NCBI RefSeq assembly: GCF_000017305.1
Contig: NC_009664.2
Coordinates: 2,970,001 to 3,002,000, forward strand
Length of the DNA: 32,000 nucleotides
From: Kineococcus radiotolerans SRS30216 = ATCC BAA-149
GTDB lineage: Bacteria; Actinomycetota; Actinomycetes; Actinomycetales; Kineococcaceae
Direction of reading: 5' to 3'
The translations under genes and the position numbers were made by a program. The notes beneath the pieces were generated by a model. That model saw nothing but the letters and a program-made list of their open reading frames with translations. It ran no database searches and was not told the DNA's origin. Below are positions 16,572 through 24,703 of this stretch, piece after piece (the stretch's first letter is position 1; each line of letters begins with the position of its first letter).

Positions 16572-17384
16572 GTGGACACCCCCTGGAACGACCTGGCGCG
16601 CCCCCCGCTGCGGAGCGCGGCGCTGCGGCGCGCGCTGGTCGGGCCCGGCCCCTGGTCGCGCCTCGACGTCGTCGCGAGCACCGGGTCGACCAACGCCGAC
16701 CTGCTCGCCGACGAGGACGCCCCCGACGGCGCCGTGCTCGTCGCCGACCACCAGACCGGCGGCCGCGGCCGGCTCGGGCGGACCTGGTCCGCACCGCCGC
16801 GCTCGGGCCTGGCGGTCTCGGTGCTGCTGCGCCCGCAGCGCCCCGTCGCGGAGTGGTCGCTGCTGCCGCTGGTCACGGGGCTGGCGGCCGTCGACGCGCT
16901 GGAGGCGCTGGGGGTCCGCACCCGCCTGAAGTGGCCCAACGACGTCCTCGTCGAGGGACCGGACCGCCCCGGCAAGGTGTGCGGGATCCTCGCCGAGGCC
17001 CGCACCGGCGCCGGCGGGGCCCGGGTCGTCCTGGGCGCGGGGATCAACGTCTCGCTGCGCACCGAGGAGCTGCCCGTCGACACCGCGACGTCGCTGGCCC
17101 TGGCCGGGGCGCGCAGCTGCGACCGCGACACCGTGCTGCGGCGCTACCTGCGGGCGCTGCGGGCCCGGGTCGACGCGTGGGGGGCGGGGGAGTCGCCGCT
17201 GGGCGACTACCGCGCGCTCAGCGCGACGATCGGGCAGGACGTGCGCGCCCACCTCCCCGACGGCTCCGTCCTCGAGGCGCTGGCCGTGGACGTGGACGAG
17301 GAGGGGCGGCTGGTCGTGGAGGGCTCAGGCGGCGCCCGGACGAGCCTCTCGGCGGCCGACGTCGTCCACCTGCGCCGGCGCTGA
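16572..17384 (+). CDS. birA: biotin--[acetyl-CoA-carboxylase] ligase, group I (no N-terminal DNA-binding domain)
   Basis: Motifs HQTGGRGRLGRTW, LKWPNDV and GILAE. At 270 aa it is too short for a BirA repressor domain. Confidence 0.9.
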   Translation: MDTPWNDLARPPLRSAALRRALVGPGPWSRLDVVASTGSTNADLLADEDAPDGAVLVADHQTGGRGRLGRTWSAPPRSGLAVSVLLRPQRPVAEWSLLPLVTGLAAVDALEALGVRTRLKWPNDVLVEGPDRPGKVCGILAEARTGAGGARVVLGAGINVSLRTEELPVDTATSLALAGARSCDRDTVLRRYLRALRARVDAWGAGESPLGDYRALSATIGQDVRAHLPDGSVLEALAVDVDEEGRLVVEGSGGARTSLSAADVVHLRRR

Positions 17385-17996
17385 GCGCTCCTCCGGCCCG
17401 GTCTGCGCCGCGGTCGACGGCGACCCGGGCTCCTCGTCCCCGCGGGAGGGGTGGGCCTCCCAGCCCTCCTCGCGCAGCTCCTCCACGAAGACGAAGCGGC
17501 GGTAGGCCCACCAGCGGAACAGCGTCCCGAGCGCGACCCCGACGATCTTCGCGGAGACGTTGGAGGCGACCGGGCCGCGCAGGTCCAGCACGTAGTAGGT
17601 GAAGCCCAGGCAGACCAGGGAGATGAGCAGGCCCACGCCGTTCATGGCGAAGAACAGCACCAGCTCGCGCGGGGCCGAGGCCCGGTGGCGGTGGCGGAAG
17701 GTCCAGTAGCGGTTCCCGAGCCAGGCCACCAGGATGCTGACGACCGTCGAGATCACGTTGGCGGTGAGGGGCTTGTGGTGCAGGACCCCCACGCCGTCGG
17801 GGCCCGCGTAGCGCAGCAGGTTGAAGACGCCGAAGTCGGTGACGAAGGCGACCGCGCCGACGATGCCGAACTTCGCGGCCTCCCGGGCCAGCACCTCGTA
17901 GGTGCTGCGCAGCCTGCGCACCAGCCCCTGGTCGTTCGCGCTCACGCTGCTGTCCCCGCCCTCTCCGTCATCACGACCGCTCGTGGCCGCGGCCAC
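17325..17996 (-). CDS. GtrA-family membrane protein
   Basis: Four hydrophobic segments and the motifs FGIVGAVAFVTDFGVFNLL and WWAYRRFVF, typical of GtrA. The hydrophilic C-terminal tail overlaps the birA 3' end by 60 nt. The start is uncertain (GTG 17996 or GTG 17945). Confidence 0.8.
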   Translation of the reverse strand: MAAATSGRDDGEGGDSSVSANDQGLVRRLRSTYEVLAREAAKFGIVGAVAFVTDFGVFNLLRYAGPDGVGVLHHKPLTANVISTVVSILVAWLGNRYWTFRHRHRASAPRELVLFFAMNGVGLLISLVCLGFTYYVLDLRGPVASNVSAKIVGVALGTLFRWWAYRRFVFVEELREEGWEAHPSRGDEEPGSPSTAAQTGPEERSAPAQVDDVGRREARPGAA

Positions 17997-18032
17997 GCAG
18001 TCTGACGGGTCAGGCTGGGAACCGGCTGGCGA

Positions 18033-18155
18033 TCAGCGTTCGGAGCGGGCGCGTGTCTCGGACCGGTCCGCCCGCGGGTCGAGGTGGTCCTCCATCTTCA
18101 CGGCCCCGACGATCCCGAGGACGACGAGCGTCACGCAGGCGAGCACGGTGAGCAA
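18033..18155 (-). CDS. candidate small single-TM protein (40 aa), upstream of and co-oriented with the GtrA gene
   Basis: A TTG start is preceded at 5 nt by the strong SD GGAAGGGGGAG. The product is LLTVLACVTLVVLGIVGAVKMEDHLDPRADRSETRARSER, a TM helix plus a charged tail. It lies inside supplied ORF 18033..18236, and its stop is 36 nt before the GtrA start. Confidence 0.35.
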   Translation of the reverse strand: MLTVLACVTLVVLGIVGAVKMEDHLDPRADRSETRARSER

Positions 18156-18284
18156 CGGGACTCCCCCTTCCGTGGGTGCGCCCCGCAGGGAGCGGCGCGG
18201 TCCGCCCAGGGTGACCCACCCCGGGCGGGGCGGCATCCCGGGACCCCGGCGGGCCGCGGGTGCGGCGGGACGGCCGCGGTGGCC

Positions 18285-18290
18285 TACCCT
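18285..18290 (+). promoter_or_regulatory. -10-like hexamer TACCCT, 8 nt upstream of the purK GTG 18299 (leaderless or very short leader candidate)
   Basis: Sequence TACCCT-cggctgac-GTG. Confidence 0.35.
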
Positions 18291-18298
18291 CGGCTGAC

Positions 18299-19552
18299 GT
18301 GTCGACCCTCGTCCCCCCGACGCCCCAGCCCGAGGTCCCCCGGGCCGACCCCGCGCCCTACGCCCGTCCCGGCGGGTTCCCCGTCGTCGGCGTCGTCGGC
18401 GGCGGCCAGCTGGCCCGGATGATGCAGCCCCCGGCGATCGCGCTCGGCCTGCGGCTGCGGGTCCTCGCCGAGGGGCCCGGCGCCAGCGCCGCCCAGGTCA
18501 TCACCCCCGCGCCGGTCGGCGCGGCCGACGACCTCGAGGCCCTGGTCGCCTTCGCCTCCGAGTGCGACGCGGTCACCTTCGACCACGAGCACGTGCCCCC
18601 CGCGGGGCTGCGCGCCATGGCCGAGGTCACCTCCGTGCAGCCGGGCGCGGACGCCCTCGTGCACGCCCAGGACAAGATCGTCATGCGCGAGCGCCTCACC
18701 GCGCTCGGGGTCCCGTGCCCGCGCTGGGCCCGGGTCGGGGACCGCGCCGCGGTCGAGGCCTTCGCCGCCGGCGCCGGCTGGCCGGTCGTGCTGAAGACCC
18801 CGCGCGGGGGGTACGACGGCAAGGGCGTCCTCGTCCTGGACTCCGCCGGGGACCCGGCCTGGAGCACGGCCGAGGCGTGGCTGGCCGACTGGGCCGGACG
18901 CGGCGGGCTGCTGGCCGAGGAGCACGTCGCCTTCACCCGCGAGCTCGCCGCCCTCGTCGTGCGCAGCCCCTCCGGCCAGGCCGCGGCGTGGCCGGTGGTC
19001 GAGACCGTCCAGCGCGGCGGGGTCTGCCACGAGGTCACCGCCCCCGCCCCCGGCCTCGACGAGGAGCTCGGCGCGCACCTGACCGACGTCGCCCTGCGCG
19101 TCGCCGGCGGCCTCGGGGTCACCGGGGTGCTGGCCGTGGAGGTGTTCGAGGTGCTCCGCGACGGCCGCCCGACCGTGCTGGTGAACGAGCTCGCGATGCG
19201 CCCGCACAACTCCGGGCACTGGACCATCGACGGCGCCGAGACCAGCCAGTTCGAGAACCACCTGCGCGCGGTGCTGGACCTGCCGCTGGGCTCGACGCGC
19301 GCCCGCGCCCCGTGGACGGTCATGGTCAACGTCCTGGGACCGCGCGAGATCGAGGCCCGCCACGAGGACCTCTACCGCTCCTACCTGCACGTCATGGCCC
19401 ACGACCCGGGCGTGAAGGTGCACCTGTACGGCAAGGAGCAGCGCCCGGGCCGCAAGCTCGGCCACGTCACCGTCCACGGCGACGACCTGGAATCCGTCCG
19501 CGCGCGTGCCCGGCACGCGGCGGCCTTCATCGCGGGGGAGATCGACGAGTGA
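18299..19552 (+). CDS. purK: 5-(carboxyamino)imidazole ribonucleotide synthase
   Basis: [14 protein letters not shown] is followed by an ATP-grasp body and the C-terminal GRKLGHVT motif. The ORF is open from 18260; I preferred GTG 18299. Confidence 0.9.
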   Translation: MSTLVPPTPQPEVPRADPAPYARPGGFPVVGVVGGGQLARMMQPPAIALGLRLRVLAEGPGASAAQVITPAPVGAADDLEALVAFASECDAVTFDHEHVPPAGLRAMAEVTSVQPGADALVHAQDKIVMRERLTALGVPCPRWARVGDRAAVEAFAAGAGWPVVLKTPRGGYDGKGVLVLDSAGDPAWSTAEAWLADWAGRGGLLAEEHVAFTRELAALVVRSPSGQAAAWPVVETVQRGGVCHEVTAPAPGLDEELGAHLTDVALRVAGGLGVTGVLAVEVFEVLRDGRPTVLVNELAMRPHNSGHWTIDGAETSQFENHLRAVLDLPLGSTRARAPWTVMVNVLGPREIEARHEDLYRSYLHVMAHDPGVKVHLYGKEQRPGRKLGHVTVHGDDLESVRARARHAAAFIAGEIDE

Positions 19553-20079
19553 GCACCACCGACGACGTGCGCGTGGGCCTGGTCATGGGCTCCGACTCCG
19601 ACTGGCCCGTGATGGAGGAGGCCGCGAAGGCCCTGGAGGAGTTCGGCGTCGGGTACGAGGCCGACGTCGTCTCCGCCCACCGGATGCCGCAGGAGATGAT
19701 CGCCTGGGGTTCCACCGCCGCCGACCGCGGCCTGCGGGTCGTCATCGCCGGCGCCGGCGGGGCCGCGCACCTGCCGGGCATGCTCGCCAGCGTCACCCCG
19801 CTGCCGGTGATCGGCGTCCCCGTCCCGCTGCGCCACCTCGACGGCATGGACTCGCTGCTCTCCATCGTGCAGATGCCCGCCGGGGTGCCCGTCGCGACGG
19901 TCTCCATCGGCGGGGCCCGCAACGCCGGGCTGCTCGCCGTGCGGATCCTCGCCGCCGCCGACGACGGCCTGCGGGCGCGGATGGTGCAGTTCCAGGACGG
20001 GCTGCGCCGGACCGCGCACGAGAAGGGCTCGACGCTGCGCGCCCGGACCCGCCGGGGCGGGGTCGGGTTCGGCGGGTAG
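19549..20079 (+). CDS. purE: 5-(carboxyamino)imidazole ribonucleotide mutase
   Basis: [14 protein letters not shown]...SAHRMP...[10 protein letters not shown]...PVIGVPV. The GTG overlaps the purK stop (GTGA). Confidence 0.95.
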   Translation: MSTTDDVRVGLVMGSDSDWPVMEEAAKALEEFGVGYEADVVSAHRMPQEMIAWGSTAADRGLRVVIAGAGGAAHLPGMLASVTPLPVIGVPVPLRHLDGMDSLLSIVQMPAGVPVATVSIGGARNAGLLAVRILAAADDGLRARMVQFQDGLRRTAHEKGSTLRARTRRGGVGFGG

Positions 20080-20082
20080 CGT
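20077..20082 (+). promoter_or_regulatory. -10-like hexamer TAGCGT (its TAG is the purE stop codon), 7 nt upstream of the S33 peptidase GTG (leaderless candidate)
   Basis: Sequence TAGCGT-ccggggc-GTG. Confidence 0.35.
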
Positions 20083-20089
20083 CCGGGGC

Positions 20090-21370
20090 GTGAGCCCCCT
20101 CGTCACCGAGTCCCACCGCGTCGACGGCCACGACGTCCACGAGCACGTCCTGACCGTCCCCCTGGACCACCGCGGCCGGGCGCCCGGGACCATCGAGGTG
20201 TTCGCCCGCGAGTACGTGCGCGACGGGAGGGGCGCGGCGCCGCGGCTGGTGTTCTTCCAGGGCGGTCCGGGCCACCCGGCGAACCGGCCCGACGTCGTCG
20301 GCGGCTGGCTGGAGCGGGCGTTGGAGGAGTTCCGCGTCGTGCTGCTGGACCAGCGCGGCACCGGGCGCTCGACGCCGCTGGACCGCCAGGGCCTCGCCGA
20401 GCTCGCCACCCCCGCCGAGCAGGCGCGGTACCTGACGCACTTCCGCGCCGACTCCATCGTCGCCGACGCCGAGCTGCTGCGGAACGCCCTCGGCGGGGAC
20501 ACCTGGGCCGCGCTGGGGCAGAGCTACGGCGGGTTCTGCCTGACGACCTACCTGTCGCAGGCCCCGCACGGGCTGCGCGAGGTGCTCATCACCGCCGGGT
20601 TGCCGGGGATCGCGACGAGCGCGGACGACGTGTACCGGGCCACGTACGCGCAGACCGCGCTGCGCAACGAGGAGTTCTCCGTGCGCTACCCGCGCGACCT
20701 CGCCGTGGCGCAGCAGGTGGCGGACCACCTCGACGGGGTGGAGGAGTTCCTGCCCACGGGGGAGCGGCTGTCGTCGCGGCGGTTCCGGACGATCGGCATC
20801 GCGCTGGGTCAGGCGACGGGTTTCGACGGTCTGCACTTCGCGCTGGAGGACCCGTTCACGACGGTCCGCGGGGAACGCCGCCTGCGCGAGCGGTTCCTGC
20901 TGGAGGTGGGGCGGCGGGTGTCGTTCGCCGCGCACCCGCTGTACGCGCTGCTGCACGAGAGCATCTACGCGCAGGGGTCCGCGACGGACTGGGCGGCGCA
21001 CCGGGTGCGCGCGGAGTTCCCCGCGTTCGCCCTCGACGCGCCGGGGTTCCGGTTCACCGGTGAGCACGTCTACCCCTGGCAGTTCGAGGAGGACCCGGCG
21101 CTGGTGCCGCTGCGCGCGGCGGCGGACCTGCTCGCCGCCGACCCCGACCTGCCCCCGCTGTACGACGCCGACGTGCTGGCGGAGAACACCGTCCCCGTCG
21201 CGGCCGCGGTCTACGTCGACGACATGTTCGTGCCGTACGAGTTCTCGAGGGCCACCGCAACCGCGATCCGCGGGGCCCGCACGTTCGTGACGAACGAGTA
21301 CCAGCACGACGGGTTGCGGGTGGACGGGAAGCGGCTGCTGGACGTGCTGCTCGGTCTCGCGCGCCGCTGA
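20090..21370 (+). CDS. alpha/beta hydrolase, S33 proline iminopeptidase-like
   Basis: Oxyanion motif FFQGGPGH (HGGPG-like), nucleophile elbow GQSYGG, DQRGTGRS. 426 aa. Confidence 0.85.
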   Translation: MSPLVTESHRVDGHDVHEHVLTVPLDHRGRAPGTIEVFAREYVRDGRGAAPRLVFFQGGPGHPANRPDVVGGWLERALEEFRVVLLDQRGTGRSTPLDRQGLAELATPAEQARYLTHFRADSIVADAELLRNALGGDTWAALGQSYGGFCLTTYLSQAPHGLREVLITAGLPGIATSADDVYRATYAQTALRNEEFSVRYPRDLAVAQQVADHLDGVEEFLPTGERLSSRRFRTIGIALGQATGFDGLHFALEDPFTTVRGERRLRERFLLEVGRRVSFAAHPLYALLHESIYAQGSATDWAAHRVRAEFPAFALDAPGFRFTGEHVYPWQFEEDPALVPLRAAADLLAADPDLPPLYDADVLAENTVPVAAAVYVDDMFVPYEFSRATATAIRGARTFVTNEYQHDGLRVDGKRLLDVLLGLARR

Positions 21371-21389
21371 CGGCCCATCCCACGACTTC

Positions 21390-21409
21390 CTGTGACCCGC
21401 AAGTCACAG
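21390..21409. promoter_or_regulatory. perfect inverted repeat CTGTGAC-N6-GTCACAG (operator candidate or terminator-like hairpin)
   Basis: Read directly from the sequence. It lies 20 nt after the S33 stop and 80 nt before the S8 protease start. A further CTGTGA half-site sits at 21432-21437, and TGAGCAC is repeated twice with a 9-bp period (21435-21441 and 21444-21450). Confidence 0.4.
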
Positions 21410-21489
21410 ATCGTCCAGGCGAAACCCTTGTCTGTGAGCACTCTGAGCACCACACTCGGCCTGGTTCGTCCATCGAAGCAGGAGGCCAC

Positions 21490-23241
21490 GTGCGCAAGAT
21501 CGTCCTCTCGGCCGCGATGAGCACCGCGCTCCTCGCCACGACCCTCGCGGTGACGCAGTCGTCGTTCGCCGAGACCACCGCTCCCACCACCCGCACCGCC
21601 ACGGGAGCGACCACCGCTCCCACCGACTACGTCGTGCTCTACGACGTCGGCACCAGCGACGTCCTCGCCCGCGCGGCCATCGCCGCCGCCGGCGGCACCG
21701 TGCTCTCCAGCAACGCCGAGGTCGGCTACGCCGTCGTCACCAGCACCGCCGCGGACTTCGCCGAGAAGGCCGGCGCCGCCGCCGGGCTCGTCGGCGCCGC
21801 GGCCAACCGCACCATCGGCGCCGCGCCGAAGGACGCCGTCGACGAGGACGACGCCGTCGAACGGCTCAGCGCCGCCGAACTCGCCGGGACCGGGGGGAAC
21901 GTGTCGCTCAAGGCGCTCGCGGCCCGCAAACCCACCGAAGAACCCCTGGCCTCCCTGCAGTGGGACATGCGCGCCATCGGCGCCACCGCGGAAGGCACCT
22001 ACCGCACGCAGCCGGGCAGCAAGAAGGTCAGCGTCGGGGTCATCGACACCGGGGTCGACGGTTCCCACCCGGACATCGCGCCGAACTTCGACGCCGAGCT
22101 CAGCCGCAACTTCGTCACCGACCTGCCCGACATCGACGGCCCCTGCGAGGTCGAGGGTTGCGTCGACCCGGCCGACGTCGACGAGGGCGGGCACGGCACC
22201 CACGTCGCCAGCAGCATCGGTTCCCCGATCAACGGCATCGGCATCGCCGGGGTCGCGCCGAACGTGAACCTGGTGAACCTGCGCGCGGGCCAGGACTCCG
22301 GCTACTTCTTCCTGCAGCCCGTCCTCGACGCCATCACCTACGCGGGCGACGCCGGCGTCGACGTCATCAACATGAGCTTCTACGTCGACCCGTGGCTCTA
22401 CAACTGCCGGGCGAACCCGGCGGACTCGCCCGCCGAGCAGCAGCAGCAGCGCATCACCATCGAAGCCGTGCAGCGCGCGATCGACTACGCGCGCAGCAAG
22501 GGCGTCCTGCCGGTCTCCGCGTCCGGCAACGGGGCCACCGACCTCGGCGCGCCGGGGGTGGACACCTCCAGCCCGAACTACCCGCTCGACGAGGAGGGCA
22601 ACCCCGCCGACGCGCGCGAGCGCACGATCGACAACGCCACCTGCCTCGACGTCCCGGCGGAGAGCAACGGCGTGGTGACGGTGAACTCCACCGGCCCCTC
22701 GGGCCGCAAGGCGTACTACTCCAACTACGGCACCGAGCAGTCCGACGTCGCCGCCCCCGGCGGTGACGCCTACGACACCCCCAACGGCCGCGTGTCCCCC
22801 GCCGCCCAGGTGCTCGGGGCCTACCCGGAGAACGTCGCCGTCGCCGAGGGCGCCATCGACGAGAACGGCGAGCCCACCCTGCCCTCCGTCATCCGGGAGA
22901 TCACGGAGGACGGGAAGAGCGCCTACTACCAGTACTCCCAGGGCACCTCGATGGCCGCCCCGCACGCCGCGGGGGTCGCGGCGCTCATCGTCAGCGAGTA
23001 CGGGAAGCGCGACCCGGCCCACCGGGGGACCCTGACGCTCGACCCGGACGTCACCGAGGCGATCCTGCTGGGGACCGCGACCGACACCGCGTGCCCGGTG
23101 CCGGCGGAGTTCACCTACCGGCGCTACTCGGCCACCGCGGGTGAGCTCGTCTCGACCGCCACCTGCGCCGGCCCCGCCGACGACAACGGCTTCTACGGCG
23201 AGGGGGTCGTGGACGCGCAGCGGGCGGTCTCCGCCTTCTGA
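21490..23241 (+). CDS. secreted S8 family serine peptidase (subtilisin-like) with an N-terminal I9-type propeptide
   Basis: Signal MRKIVLSAAMSTALLATTLAVTQSSFA. Catalytic motifs VGVIDTGVD (Asp), HGTHVAS (His), SASGNG (Asn) and GTSMAAPHAAG (Ser). AGGAGG lies 4 nt upstream of the GTG. Confidence 0.9.
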   Translation: MRKIVLSAAMSTALLATTLAVTQSSFAETTAPTTRTATGATTAPTDYVVLYDVGTSDVLARAAIAAAGGTVLSSNAEVGYAVVTSTAADFAEKAGAAAGLVGAAANRTIGAAPKDAVDEDDAVERLSAAELAGTGGNVSLKALAARKPTEEPLASLQWDMRAIGATAEGTYRTQPGSKKVSVGVIDTGVDGSHPDIAPNFDAELSRNFVTDLPDIDGPCEVEGCVDPADVDEGGHGTHVASSIGSPINGIGIAGVAPNVNLVNLRAGQDSGYFFLQPVLDAITYAGDAGVDVINMSFYVDPWLYNCRANPADSPAEQQQQRITIEAVQRAIDYARSKGVLPVSASGNGATDLGAPGVDTSSPNYPLDEEGNPADARERTIDNATCLDVPAESNGVVTVNSTGPSGRKAYYSNYGTEQSDVAAPGGDAYDTPNGRVSPAAQVLGAYPENVAVAEGAIDENGEPTLPSVIREITEDGKSAYYQYSQGTSMAAPHAAGVAALIVSEYGKRDPAHRGTLTLDPDVTEAILLGTATDTACPVPAEFTYRRYSATAGELVSTATCAGPADDNGFYGEGVVDAQRAVSAF

Positions 23242-23255
23242 CCCTCCCTCCAGCG

Positions 23256-23294
23256 AGGACGCCCCGTCGACCGTCCCGGTCGGCGGGGCGTCCT
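23256..23294. terminator. bidirectional intrinsic-terminator-like hairpin between the convergent S8 and LCP genes
   Basis: AGGACGCCCCGTCGACC-gtccc-GGTCGGCGGGGCGTCCT forms a 17-bp stem (one G.U on the plus strand) with a 5-nt loop. There is no U-tract, as is common in high-GC actinobacteria. Confidence 0.55.
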
Positions 23295-23329
23295 GCTGCC
23301 CGCCCCCGCCGCGACCCCGGGCGCGACGC

Positions 23330-24553
23330 TCAGGCGGTCAGCGAGCGCAGGGCCTCGGTGTCGTCCCGCTTGAGGTCCTCGAACATCTCCAGCGCGCGGG
23401 CGGTGTCCCACTTCACGGCCAGCCCGTGGGAGGTCCGCAGGTTCGGGTCGGCGACGGGGACGGTCATGGAGATCCCGTCCGCGCCCGAGGCCGCCCGCAT
23501 GCCGCGCAGGAACCCCACCAGGTCGGGCAGCGAGGCCTCCTCGTCGAGGGTCACCGCGGAACCCCCGGAGGAGGCCAGCGGGAACGCCCGGAACGGGTTC
23601 AGCAGGGTCGCGGGGCTCGCGGCCTTCGCCGTGATGGCGGCGAGGAGCTCGCGCTGGCGGACGGCCCGGCCGAGGTCGCCCTGGACGTCGGAGTAGCGGT
23701 ACCGCGCGTAGCCCAGGGCGGTCGCCCCGCCCATCTCCTGGCACCCGGCCTGGATGTCGAGCCCGGCGCGCACGTCGTCCACGGCCTGCGCGGGGCACAT
23801 CTCCACCCCGCCGACGGCGTCGACGATCCGGGCGAAACCCCCGAAACCGGTCTCGACGTAGTGGTCGACCCGCAGGCCGGACACGTTCTCGACGGTCTCG
23901 GTGAGCAGCGGCGCGCCGCCGATGGCGTACGCGGCGTTGATCTTGTTGCTGTCGTGGCCGGGGATCGGGACGTAGGAGTCGCGGGGGACGCTGATGAGCG
24001 CCGACGGCCCGCCGCCGGCGGGGACGTGCAGCAGCATGATCGTGTCGGTGCGCCGGCCGGCGATGTCGTCCCCGCCCGCGGAGTACTCCGCGATCTCCTC
24101 CGGGGTCAGGCCGTCGCGGGAGTCGCTGCCGACGATGAGGTACGTCGTGCCCGGCGTCGCGGCCGGCCGCTCACCGGTGGACGCCGCCGCCACCTGCTGC
24201 ACCGAGGACCAGCCGCGCCAGGCCAGCGCGGAGGGGTAGGCGACGGCCAGGACGAGGAGGACCGCCACCGCCGCGAGGAGCCGCCGGCGGCGCACCACGG
24301 CGCGGCGGCGCAGCGGACGGGACCCGCGCGCGGGTCCGCCCGGCGCCGCGGGGCGGGCCGGGCGCGCGGGCGCCGGGGTCGCGGGCCGGGCGGGTGCGGA
24401 GGCGGCGGAGAAGTCCGCCAGCCGCTGCTCGCGACCCGGCGCCTGGGCCGCGGGGGGCCGGGCGGGACGGCGCGCGGGGCGCCCGTAGGTCGTGGAGTGC
24501 CACTGCTCGCCGCGCTGGGACGGGTCGTCGCTGGTCGGCGGCTCGGCGGTCAC
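23330..24553 (-). CDS. LCP (LytR-CpsA-Psr) family cell-wall glycopolymer phosphotransferase
   Basis: A disordered Pro/Arg-rich cytoplasmic N-terminus is followed by the TM segment LLAAVAVLLVLAVAY. LCP core motifs: TYLIVGSDSR, RTDTIMLLHV, ISVPRDSYV, NKINAAYAIGG. I chose GTG 24553 because of TACGGT-6 nt. The ORF is open to 24592. Confidence 0.85.
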   Translation of the reverse strand: MTAEPPTSDDPSQRGEQWHSTTYGRPARRPARPPAAQAPGREQRLADFSAASAPARPATPAPARPARPAAPGGPARGSRPLRRRAVVRRRRLLAAVAVLLVLAVAYPSALAWRGWSSVQQVAAASTGERPAATPGTTYLIVGSDSRDGLTPEEIAEYSAGGDDIAGRRTDTIMLLHVPAGGGPSALISVPRDSYVPIPGHDSNKINAAYAIGGAPLLTETVENVSGLRVDHYVETGFGGFARIVDAVGGVEMCPAQAVDDVRAGLDIQAGCQEMGGATALGYARYRYSDVQGDLGRAVRQRELLAAITAKAASPATLLNPFRAFPLASSGGSAVTLDEEASLPDLVGFLRGMRAASGADGISMTVPVADPNLRTSHGLAVKWDTARALEMFEDLKRDDTEALRSLTA

Positions 24554-24559
24554 CGCTCC

Positions 24560-24565
24560 ACCGTA
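24560..24565 (-). promoter_or_regulatory. -10-like hexamer TACGGT, 6 nt upstream of the LCP GTG 24553 (leaderless candidate)
   Basis: The minus strand reads TACGGT-ggagcg-GTG. Confidence 0.4.
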
Positions 24566-24634
24566 CGGCCGGGCGCGCGCCGCGCCGGGCAACCGGGACG
24601 CGCCCGCACCCGAGTCTCACGCTTCACGCACAAA

Positions 24635-24686
24635 CCCCCCGAACGGTGGTCCCGCCGGGGAAACCCGGTGGGACCCCGTCGGGGGG
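24635..24686 (-). terminator. rho-independent terminator of the UDP-glucose dehydrogenase gene
   Basis: A 23-bp stem with two 1-nt bulges and a 4-nt loop. On the transcribed minus strand it is followed by UUUGUGCGUG. It begins 18 nt after the ugd stop. Confidence 0.65.
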
Positions 24687-24703
24687 TCCGGTGTCGCGGC
24701 CGG

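Noticed and set aside
17997-18298. A ZTP (pfl) or other purine-related riboswitch upstream of purK.
   Set aside because: I could not find the conserved pfl elements. There is no GGGUCGUGACUGGCG-like 5' domain, and only a loose CCGCCCAGGG where CCGCCUGGGCA would be expected. purK also appears to start 8 nt after a -10 hexamer, which leaves no leader.
21391-21408. A CRP/GlxR-type site, since TGTGA ... TCACA half-sites are present.
   Set aside because: The half-sites are separated by 8 nt, not the canonical 6 nt of TGTGA-N6-TCACA. It does not fit the CRP family consensus, so I kept it only as a generic palindrome.
24648-24689. Two mutually exclusive hairpins suggesting an attenuator upstream of the LCP gene: GGTCCCGCCGGG-gaaa-CCCGGTGGGACC versus GGACCCC-gtcgg-GGGGTCC.
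   Set aside because: All elements nest into one continuous 23-bp stem (24635-24686). On the transcribed strand it is followed by UUUGUG, directly after the ugd stop. A simple intrinsic terminator is the more economical reading, and the LCP gene appears to have its own -10 element downstream of it.
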